A stretch of 64,000 nucleotides of DNA from Ascidiella aspersa (lineage: Eukaryota). The notes under the pieces were generated by a model that was not told where the DNA came from, searched no databases, and worked only from the letters and a program-made list of their open reading frames with translations. The position numbers were made by a program, and so were the translations under genes. The stretch lies in assembly GCA_963924565.1 (NCBI GenBank), contig OZ004607.1, forward strand, positions 8,246,001-8,310,000. Reading direction: 5' to 3'. Below are positions 48,633 to 60,600 of the stretch, piece by piece (position 1 is the stretch's first letter; every line of letters begins with the position of its first letter).

Positions 48633-51600
48633 CTGTATTGACGGGATACGTGTCTGATCGTCGGTTCGTGTTAAGCATTTGGCCGTTTTAATGTACAACA
48701 GTTATACAGTGTTGTAATGACAAGTAAATGACTTTAGTTTAGTTAAGTCACCATTTTTAAATGACTTGACTTGACTTGAGTCGTTTTGGTAAAATGAATT
48801 TTACTACTGGACTTAAGTTATTTGGACAAATACCTTGACTTGGACTTAAGTCTTTGAGTCGAAGGACTTGGTTGAAATAAAGTGTTCCTATTTTACATTT
48901 TTATAAAATCATTAGGTTTGCTAAGATAACTCGAGTTTAAGTTTTGAACAAAATTCAAGAGTTGTAGTAATACGTGCGTCGTTCAGACCCAAGCAACCAA
49001 ATAGGAGGGTAAAAATGACAAAAATTTGAATTTCAAATCGGCCTGTTGGAAGTAAACGATCAACATAAAATCAAACCTGCACAGTATGGCCTCCATAAAA
49101 GCGAACATCATATCCCGGTATTCTGTCACGTTTTTTCCAAAATCTGGAAATAAAGGTAAAACCATCAAATCAAACAACCGAAGATAGTTTCCTTTTGGTG
49201 AAAAACGCACCAATAACTTTATCTCACTAAATAGAGCAGTACTAGAATTAAAAATCAACCCAGAAATGTAAAATACACGTCACCTTTAAAACCCGGGCAG
49301 GCAGTGATGAGTTCCATAACACGCAGTGGTACAAATAGGGGGCTTCTTAGCGGGCCCCCAACCCCGTCCCTGGGTAGGGCGAAGGGGTCACTGGGTACGG
49401 GGAGGAGGTATAGGTCACTCGACGCGGCCTTGCGACACCACAGTTGAAGCTGTGACGTAATAATAGAGTTATTCACGATTGCATGAAACCTTGTTTTAAA
49501 GAAAAATCTATAAAACACATTTCTTACTGCTGGGATTGTGAAAACCAAAAATAAATAATTTATTTTAGTATTTTATTAAGATAAAACTAATGGTGAAAAT
49601 AAGTTGTTTGTCATTTAACTCATACGATAAAGCTAATCTTGGTAATTTAACAAACACATTTTTAACACTGGACAGGTCGAAGGACTTTGCAAACTATACG
49701 AGTTAAAACCTATGAGACATATTTTTCTTTCACAAACATAAATGTGAAAACCAAGCATACACCATGCTTCTTTTAGTTTCTAAAGATCTACACCAAATAT
49801 GAAAATATGAATTGTTTATCGTTTAACATTAACACCAAAAAAGCTATTTCTAACAAACGACTTTTAATCCGGTTATTCACACAAAATCACAGCCAGTTTA
49901 CAAAATCCAAGCTAGTTTAATAAAGTTGGAAGTCATTTTACCCAACTTTACAGCAATTTTAACAAATTCCCAGCCATTGTTACGAAAGCGCAACCAAATA
50001 GAGTAGTGGTTCTTAAACAAAGGCTCACTTGAAATATTAGTGTACATTTAGGAAGTAATCACTTTTTAAACAAAACAGTTTGATTAAAAATAGAACGGTT
50101 TTGCACTACATCCTGTTTAGACTCCATTACACTTTTACATTTTTGAACCGAAATCGGCAGATTTATGAAGTCTATTTGGACTGAAACGTCAATTTATGGC
50201 GCAATTTTGAAGTTTTTGCCGGTCGTGGTCAACGCGAGGCCCAAAAAATTTTTAAGGGTCCGGGGTAAAAAAAAGTTCAAGAACCTCTGATATAGACCCA
50301 CCATGTTGGAAATACACGAGGCGGTGGCGACCATCCATTGCATCTCGAACGCGAACACCAGGCTGTCGACTCCCGTGCGCACCCTGGTGGTATAGCGGGC
50401 CTGGCACCACTCGGTCCGGTTCGTTCGTGCTTTGTTCATCAGGGGAATACGCACCGTGTGCTGTGCGGGAAGAGTAAGGTGATAAAGTAAACGACATGCA
50501 GCTAAATAAACGTTTGTTAAACGGTATACAACTGTGTTTTTTAAATTAAGGGATAGTTGGCAAGGGATATCAGTTTCTTAGGATCACATATTTCTGTAAG
50601 ACTGTTGAAACAACATTGGTGACCCGATTTTAGAACTGTTTTTATATTTGTCAAATATTTTTTAGCTATCTTTTGGAAAGGAGATGTTTTTAATTATAAA
50701 AAAAAATTGAACACAATTGTGTAACTAAACCAACTTCAGTACACAATTGTGTAAATCTGTAAAAAGGGTAACTGACGAAAGATAGCGACACTAATAACAA
50801 AGGTAAACCGTTTAACTCTAAGATAGAATACAGAAATAAGTCGACCAAGCTATTTCAAGCTATTTCAAGCTATTTGATGCCAGCAAACTAGATTGCGGTG
50901 AGACTCGACATCGTGACCTTGATCATATCGGTGTCTAATTTCGCGTTTTATCTACGAAATAGACCATAAAACATAACGCGGTTCACATCGATTAGAGGTT
51001 GTATGTACGAACAGTATGCATCAGATACCGTTACTATGCTTGTTTCTTAACTTGCTTCCCTCTGAGCCTGTGAAGCTCAGTTGGTAGAGCGACGGACCCG
51101 GTATGACCAAAGTTCGTGAGTTGGAATCTCACCACGGGCTAGTTTTACAAACAGGAAACAGCACGGATCAGGTTGTTTCGCGACGTGCCCTCCTCCGAGC
51201 CTGCTTGTCTCATTTGGTAGAGCGACGGTCCCGGTATGGCCGCAGGTCGTGAGTCCAAACCTCATCGCAGGCTGGTTGTGTTTTTAACCTGGCCTTGCTT
51301 GCAATGTAATCCTGATCAAGCCGACAGGTTTTGGTAAGCCCTTCCGAAGGCATTTTGTGAGCTTACGTCGTTTATAACAAGGTTCCCCAAACTTTTTTGG
51401 ATCACGGACCAATATTTGTGAATCTGTTTTTTTTTCGCAGAACGCAATACAATTAAAGTTAAGTTACTGAACTTAACAACTAATCCCATGGCAGTATAAT
51501 TACACAATTATATTATCCTATAACTTCACTTCGTTTCTCATCTCTGCCTCACAACAAACTTTTTACTCGCTAATCTTGGCGCAACAAGTAAGATTTACAA

Positions 51601-54600
51601 TAGTGGATAGCAAAAGATCTCGAAATCATTAAAGTGCGAATAACTGCGGCAATTATATTGAAAGGGTACGTACTGTACAACGTAAACGTGTGACTTTAAT
51701 TTATTGTCATATCGCCACAGACCACCAGTGCAGTCGTCGCGGATCACTAATGGTATGCATATTGACATTACAAAGGTAGCAAATTCCCAAAATACTACCT
51801 TGTCCGGGAACTTGGGGCCATTTCTGGGGCTGTCCCTCGTCGGGGTGATATAAAAAGCGCCCGATTTTCCCTCGGAGGGGTTGTTCGACCCGAAAATGGG
51901 GACCTCGGTGGGGGCGGGGTCGCTGTTGACCCCCTGACACCTCACGGCGACCTCGAACCAGCGGTCGTGACAGGTTTCGCACACCGACGTGTACTGGTAG
52001 CTGGTCGGGTCTTCGACTGGGAATAAGTTGCGAGATTTTGAATTTGGAAAAATTACAAACGAGTATAGTTGCTTAACATTAGCACTACAACGCCTGTAGC
52101 GTGTCGGCGTCCACAAAAATAAATATGCTTTTTACTTTTATTTAACACCCAGTTTATAGTTAAAAGCAGTGTTTTCAAGTTTTTTAAGCCTGCTGAACAC
52201 TAAAAAAAAACAAATTCGCAGTACACTTTTTACAAAATCGTATAACTTAACTTCACAATCACTTTAACTTCACTGCAAGGTACTAAATCAGTGGCATAAT
52301 GTCTTATCTCATAGATAGTGCAGAATTGCGCTCCAACTTTTAAAAGTGCACTTAAGTTTAAGTCACTGACCAAGCAATTACAACACTGCTAAAAACAAAT
52401 CTCAAAGCCAAAAAGTTAAGTAAATCGACATCATCTTAATTAGGACGTTTCGATACGAGCTTGTATCATCTTCAGTTAATGCGACTCAAAATATATACAA
52501 TTCAATTCAAATCTTATCAAGCTACATTACAAATTCGTGTATAGTGGAGAATATGAATGAGAATATGAAATAAAGTGAATTGACTAACTTACTTTCGTTG
52601 TTTTGCTCCTCACTGATCCGATAAAAGACATAACCGTAAACAAAGGCTTGCTTGAAGTTACCCGAAGATGGAACGATCATCGAATATCGACACAAGGTCT
52701 AAAATATTAAAAATGTTTAAAAAATAGCCTTTAACTAAAACTAAACTCTACTTTACAATCATCATTTCTTGTTTAATTTTTGTTTTGTTCATTATAGAAC
52801 TTGAAAATGGCTGCGTTTAGCTCTCCTGTACATATTTAGATGCAGAATATAATTGCAACAACATGATTTATAAAAAGTACTAGAAAGATATTTGTAATTT
52901 TTTTTATTTTTTATTTCCAGCCCTGAGGTTGCTTGATAAAATGACCGAAAACAATCGACAAATTCCTTGGCATTTGTCATTTAAAGCTACAAACCTATAG
53001 CGACATTTACTCGCCTCAAAGAGTTTGCAGGCGTCGTCGATCGTTTCCAGCCCGCTGACGTTTGCCAGAGCCCAATGAACGGCTTCCAGACTGACGAACG
53101 TGTGCTTGTGGAATCCGATGTTGGTGGGAAGAAAGCACAGGCCACATCTGCGCGTAAATCGAAGAATTATAAATTTGCAATTCAGTTCCTGAGCTTAACA
53201 GTTACGTGTAAGTGCATGTAGCATACTGCGTTTCGCGTTAGAGCTAGTTTTTCTACAAATAAGCCTGCAAAAAAAATTGGGTTGCGAGTAACATGATCGG
53301 CAGAACGTTTTTAGAAGTGACGTCATAAATTAAGGAACATATATATTTTTTAAAGGTACGCTTAGATTTTCTTCGGGCCGCAATGGACCTCCTTAAACTA
53401 CTCCGCGTACCTCCTAGGGGTCATTGGATCCCAGTTTAAGAACCCCTGCGTTAGAGACATCATTTTTGCTGAACAACACGCGGTGACACATTTCCACACA
53501 AAACACAAGCAACAGGAACGTGAAATGTTAGTTTAACAAAATATCGGCAAGCTTTCGTTTTTACCTTTTGGCAAGAAGCGTTTAGAATTGTTGTTAAAAA
53601 ACTCCGTAAAACGGAGTAGCATAGTGGGTTTTGTCGTATACAAAATATCTTAACGATTTAATGTTATCTGCGAAATGGTCCAATATTCGTAATTTCTGTG
53701 AATTTACGTGAATGAATGATAACCAACAATAACTATATAGTCGATGTGTAACAGAGTCGCAAAACCAACTTACTCTGGATCCTTCATCCCGTTGATTATT
53801 TCCACAAGTTCGGAGTTTGACGTCAGGTGAGTCGAAGGGCGCCTCTCGTGGTCGAAGTCACCACCACCTTCTCCAGGTGTCTGATAAAAAAATGAAAGAA
53901 CTTTGTAAATCCCTCCGGGACATTGACTACGTGTGATGTTAGTAAAAAATAGAAAAAGAATAACATATTTTTAATTGCTGAATACTTTTAATTTCTAGCA
54001 GAAGCTCCAAATCAAACATCTGAAATGGCTTTACTACAGTTATTGTTTTAGTATTACGTCCGAGTGACCTTGGCCGATTAAAAACAACTTAGTTTGTTCT
54101 GAACTGTTCTTTCGAGAGACTTAGCTTTAAGTCTAGTGTTTTAAGCAGCGGCTTTTATTTAAAATATAAAACTTAAATTTATTAACAAACCTAAATTTTA
54201 ACAGGCTTAGCTCTAACCTAATGTTCTGTGCACACCAATGTTTTTTTTAATAAAAAAATGTTAAATTCATTAAGCTAAAGTTTGTGTCTCCATAGCTTTA
54301 TGCGTAATGGTATGAAAATCACCACACAACAAAAATGACTCACCTTGAGGGTATCAACAAAATGCTGACTCAACCTCAAGCGAAAAAATGCCGACTCAAC
54401 CTCAAGCAAAAAAAAATGCCGACTCACCCTCAAGCAAAAAAAAATGCCTACTCACACTCAAGAAAAGGAATGCCGACTCACCCTCATCGGCACGGGTTTT
54501 GTGTCGACCGCGTGCGATAACTTGGTGCTCATCGTTGAGGGCCCACTAAAAGTGTCTGTGGGGCGGACCGGGGTCGATCGGTCACTGGTGGGGGTCCCTG

Positions 54601-57600
54601 AGGTGGGGCGCAGGGGCGGGGTCGGGGTGGCGTGGTTGGACGCGCCGGCGCCGCTGCCCCCCATTGTGCTGAGTGACGTGTAGGACTTTGAGAGGCTCGG
54701 AGAAAAGCTGGCGAAGGATTTCTGGCAAAATCGAATGCAAGTTGTCGAACATAATGCATTGGTTTTTCGGTTGATCATCACACTGAAAATCTAGTCAACT
54801 TATAGTTAGCTGGTGTTTCAGAGAAAAAACGTGTTTCGCTGTGCAATGGCACTTTGCAAACCAATAGGTTACATTTTTTGATTTTCTAGTTTTGTAAATA
54901 CGAATTGCTGAATTGTAGTGTGAATGATGGGGAAAGCGCTAGCGAACGAAAAGTTTTCTTTAATATTCTCGTAACATTTGTTTATATATTTAAATTTGTT
55001 TATATATTTAGGAGACCAAACTGAAAACAAATACTGCACTAAAGCTACCGTTAACTCCCATTTGGATTTTTTTTTTTCAATAAATATATATATTGTGTAT
55101 TGTATTTGTAAATTTTTTTAACGCCTCTTCTATTGCGATCTAAACAAGTTTCAACTGGCCGCAAACCGGGTTTCCACGTAGGGAGACAGTACTCGAGTCC
55201 TCGTTTCGTGTGGCCTAAAGGCAAACGGCACTTTCAAAAAACAATATGAAAAGAAATGTTGATGAAATTAAAGTACTTTTAATTTTATTTTTATCGAAGT
55301 TAGTTAAGTTTCATGCATATTTAGGTGGAATGAAGCATACCAGCCGTAAATATAACGATGAATATCACGGTTTGGTGATATTCAGTAGAATAGGTAGATT
55401 TTTAGTTAAGAAGAGCAACTATAACTTCTGGAACTGTTATCTTAAATACATTTAAATAACGTAAAAAACTATATTAGACCTTTATACATTGCTAGCAGAA
55501 CCTCGTACCCTTAAAATAGGCGACTGACAGTTGTCGTATTTAGTGTTTGGTATAAACATAAAAAAGTAACTTGACTCGGCGCAACTGCAAGACCGCGGCA
55601 CTCTCCGAAACAATTCTCACCCACGACTTTCTGGCGCTCTGCGAATGCGCTCTCTTGATCTTGTTGATGGCCTCCAAGAACCTGATGAATCCCTCGGTCA
55701 TCACACCGCACTCCCCACCTTCCATGCTGCTATCGTGCGACCTAAACACACAAGGCCGAGGGGTAAGGGGTGCTCGATGATGTCGGGTGGGAGGCCCGGA
55801 GCTGATATCCGCTATCGGGCCAAGCATTGTCGGTATTTTCCCAAAGGCTTGGCGTTTACCAACATAGCGATTTTCTGTTTAAATATAGTGGTTTGTATGC
55901 GAGGGTTAAATAACTTGTTTACGCCATAGCATGGCTTATATAGAGTCCAGGGCTCCCATCAAAACGATTTCCGGTTAAAATCGTAGTTTGTATACGAGTT
56001 GAACTGAACTTGTTGCCATACTATGGTTAATATAGCGTTTTCATGCCTTAATTTGTAGCCTGTTTTAGTTTGAGTTTCAATATACTTGGAATCAAATTAG
56101 CCAGCTGCACGTTATGCACAAACTAGCGGGCATCGAACTCAATAACGAATTAATTATATGAAACATCTCAAGTCAAATATCAAACGGAAGTTCGAAATCC
56201 AAGCAAAATGTGTATAGCGTTAAGACCCAACAAACCGCTCAACGAGTACAAAGCACCAGTTATACCAATACACCGAATTTTATAGTAAATGTAACACTCT
56301 GCAAAATCAGTTAATACATCGCTAGACTCCGAGTCTACTTCGTTTTGTGACTAAAACTGAAAGCGTAATGCTGCAAAGGCGTCTTATATCGTATTAAGGT
56401 AATACTCTGCAAAACCAGTTAGTACATCGCGAGACTCCGAGCCTGGTGTGTTTGGTGCCTAAAGGCAAGCACTTATCGAAATTGAAGCGCACTATTGGTC
56501 AGGTAAAAACAGACGGTTCGCCGCTCAAGCTTTTGCGAATACGCCTAGCAATAAATTTCCACCAAAATTTAGCCTCACTTGTCGCAGCCGCATCCGTCGA
56601 AGGAGCAGTAGCGAACTTTGCCGTCCTCCTCGTTTCTTTCTAGTCTTTGCAGTCGCTTGTGAGGGTTGGAAAGCACGACGAACTTGGCGCGCCAGAACTT
56701 CATCTTCTGCAATTGAGCAATAGTAACGCTGTTCATGCGCTAGTGTTTTTTAAAGTGGTCCTAGCGATCACTTTTTTGCAGTCGTTATATTACAAGGTCG
56801 ACTGACAAATTTATAAACATAACACAAAGACATTTAAAGACTTAAGAAGTCAATATTTGGCTTTTGGAAATGAAGAAACGAGTTTTAAATAAAAAAAAGC
56901 CATAACATTCATTAAACTACATTTACTTATTACTCACTCTTTAATGGTTTAGTAAATGCTGGAACAATATATAAGTGTGATGAATTTAATTCTTTTTATA
57001 CACATTTTCTTGATAAAGTGATTAGAAATAGCAAATAAAGCACCCTATTTACATTTAAGCAACAAAATCAAGAACTTTGCGTTTTCTTAAAAGTATGCTG
57101 TTGACTTTGAAAGGGGAAGCGTTACATAGTAAATGATGCTGTATGTACGAACAGGATTTCAGCAGGCAACTGTGATATGGTGGTTTCTCGGTTGGCCGGA
57201 GGTCGACAGTTCGAACCTCACCGCCGGCTAAATAGTTTAAACGCAACGTCACTGTAGCACCGACCGTTTGCAAGTCGCCCTCCGGATAACAGACGTAGTA
57301 GTCGTGGTGGTTCCAGTAGTAGTCCTCCACCTTGTCGTGCCCGAACGAACACCTGGTCGGTTGGAACAGGCCCCGGGTGGTCGGCCAAAGCATGTAGCCG
57401 TAACTCATCACAACTGTTACGAATGCATGCCTGCGGGAAGTTGAGAATTAAGCCGTTTACCTATTTATTAGTCAAGTTTTCTGTTGTTTGCTAAATTAAT
57501 TTAACCTAATCAGCTATAAAATTTAAAATTGAACCATATTTTCAGGTAATGAACTTTCAGGTAATCCATCCAGAAAATCGATATAACTATAAACTTATTT

Positions 57601-60600
57601 TTTTAACTTAACGCCGAATAACATACTGCCTTTGGGTGACGTAACAATTACTTAATGTTAAATATATCGTTTTATTGCAGGACCTAGCGCAAATTAGCTT
57701 TTCTAAACAACGATTTGTTAGGACGAAATTACAAGAGACAAAGCGCTTTGTTTCGTTTGTGCAAATTGGTAAATAGGAAATTTAGTTTGCCAATAAAAGT
57801 TACGTTTTGTTGGTGTTTAGTAGGCATTTTGCGTCGGTTAAATAAACGCTCTAGAATTTTGAAAGTTCGGCGACTATGAATACAATACCTGGCAGAAACA
57901 GCGTGTTCATCACTCAGGCATATAGTTAACTTGATCAGTGTGCATGGCAATTTTAATTGGCCTATTATTACTAGATTAATCTGGTCAGTTATTCCAACTG
58001 CATTTAAATTTGTTATTTATTTTGGCAGTTATAATGTTTATTATTAACCAGAAAAATTTATATTAGCAGTGACGACAAGTTTAAAATAAGTCACTTTTTT
58101 GACCGCCCTGTTTGCATTTAAATTTTTTACAAAAAATGGAAGTCAGTTGGGTCGTGTTGCAAAATAGGTGCCTTGTATTACGTTTACGTTAGTTGACAAC
58201 GAGTTTCAATTTAAGTTTTTTAAATGAGTTCGAAATAATGCAATAAATTATAAAGGGTTGAGATACAGCCTCGTGTTTATGTATAACAAAATGCTCACCT
58301 CGGCTTGTAAATTTTCACCTCTATTCTATCTTCGTCCGAAGCGAACCTGACGATGTGATATTGGCGACCGTGACTCAGCATATACGAGTCACGTGACAGA
58401 AACGTGTTGTCCCATCCGCGTGCTGCCAAAAACATTAAAAAATAAATTTGAAATAAAAAAACAGCAATCAACAAACAAACAATAACTGCCTTTAACTTTT
58501 ATTCGTATTTGAGTAAACATTTCGTATCTGACTGAGTAGGCCTTAATTTATTTGACAAGCTTTTTGTGTCATAGGTTTCCAATAGAGTAATAGACCAATG
58601 TTCAACATTACAAAGGCACTAAAAACATTTGTGCATATAACAATAGACTTTTGGTGTCTTCTATATTCGTCTTTTGGAATTCTACATAACATTTTATGAC
58701 AGTAATATTTTATAATGTCAAATACAACTTATAATACAAAGTCTATTTTTGCTAAAATACGTCTATTTTGCTGAAATCGAACGATGTATCAAACTAGATT
58801 CCAAACTACCAGAAAAGAAGCAATAATGTCAAAACAGAATCCAAAATACGAATATTATAACAAATCAGCAAGACAAAACACCGAAACATAATACAGATCT
58901 ATACACGTCATACCCCAAATGCAACTGATTCACTAAAACCAAACTTGAAAAAAATAGAAAAACATCAAAACAGCCAAGATGTATCTTAAAATCCAACACA
59001 ATCCACCTTGCAAGTCAAGTTAACATTAAAACCTCCTCCAACACAACAACACAAAAAGCATACCGAAACGGTCACAGTAAACACCAAATACCAACCAAGT
59101 TTTTATAGGAACTCTAAAATATAAAATACCCCTAAAACGCCATAATCCATATCAAGTTCTTATAGGAACTCTAATACATAAAAAACCTAAAAACGCCAAA
59201 ATATAATTCACGTTCTCATAGGAACTCCAAAAAATATAAAAACCCCTCAAAATCGCCATAATCCAATTCACGTTCTCATAGGAACTCTAAAATAAAAAAA
59301 GCCTTAAATACTCACGCGATGAGCACATGGGACTCGTGCCGCCGCCGCACATTTGCGCCATCAGCATGGCGTCGCTCGTGTTGGGACTGATCACAGTGGC
59401 GCCGCTCGACACGCTGTCCTGGTTGCGATCGCGCGTCGAGTGCTTGATGATCTGGAAGCCGTGACACAGGCGCTGGTTGATCAACTCCTGGAAGACTTCG
59501 CGAGAACCGCGCATCTCCAGACCGCATTCGGGGGTCTTCAGCTCTTCGTCACTGTCGCTGTGTTGTTTCATAAACGTAAAGAGACACAATAAAAAGTGGC
59601 CAAATGACGAGAATGTTTAAAAGAGGGACAACAAGAGGCTAAAGAAGTGGTCTCTATCTCGTAATACAAACGCGTCACGCACGCCTCACGGGTGCAGCTT
59701 TGCTTGATAACTTAGTCGGTTGAGAAGGCGGTCGTGTTTTTGTGTTGTATGATAAATGAGTTAAGAAACAATAAAAAGAGCCGAAGTGTACATGTGGCGG
59801 GATTGTGGTTTGGTAAGAGGGGCGGGAAAAAGCTATTACGTTATTCAAGAAGTGGTTTCAATCTTGTTACACACGCCTCACGGGTGCAGCTTTTGCTTGA
59901 AAGCTCAGTCGGTTGAAAACGCGGTCGCGTTTTTACACGGACGTGTGTTCGACTCTCACTCAAGCACGAGTAAATTATACGCTTTGTGACATAGTTGTTT
60001 GCTTATATGGGGATCTTTGCTTTTTATTATTTCGAGACAAAGGATAAAAACGCTTTACATGTGATACAAACGACTGAAGAATGATTTTATGGCATGCTCC
60101 TAAATCGCTTGAAGAAAACACATTAGTGCTCGATACATAAAGCACTAATCAATTAATATAGTTTTATTATTGAGATTGTTTTTCTATCGGCCGCATTACA
60201 AAGAAATCCACCGGCTTATTAAATATTTTCGAGCAAGTAATATACAACCGATGAAACTATACAGTCTCTTTTGAGACTCGATCTCACAATCGAGGCTACA
60301 TCGTTAAAGTTTGCTTCAGCTATAGACTACATTAAACTGACGAACATTTAGTTTTCGTCTCATTTCTCCAGGCTACTGTTACCAAGGCAACAGCGTCACC
60401 CACCCTCTCTCGCTTTCCGCCTCATCCGGGACGAGGAAGTAGGAGTGCTCGGAGTAAGTGTTGAGGAGGTGAGAAGAGGAGGGGTAGTAGTCCGTGGTGA
60501 TCGGGAGGCAAGCGGGACACTTAAGAGACTTCCAGTCCAGTCCTGCGTTAAAACAGTTGGTAAATAAGGTTGCATGCACTAAAACAGCAGGAAGCGCTGC

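Noticed and set aside
51066-51140. Functional tRNA gene
   Set aside because: Broken anticodon stem, altered T-loop (TTGGAAT), no U8/U33, and several diverged copies; treated as SINE-like.
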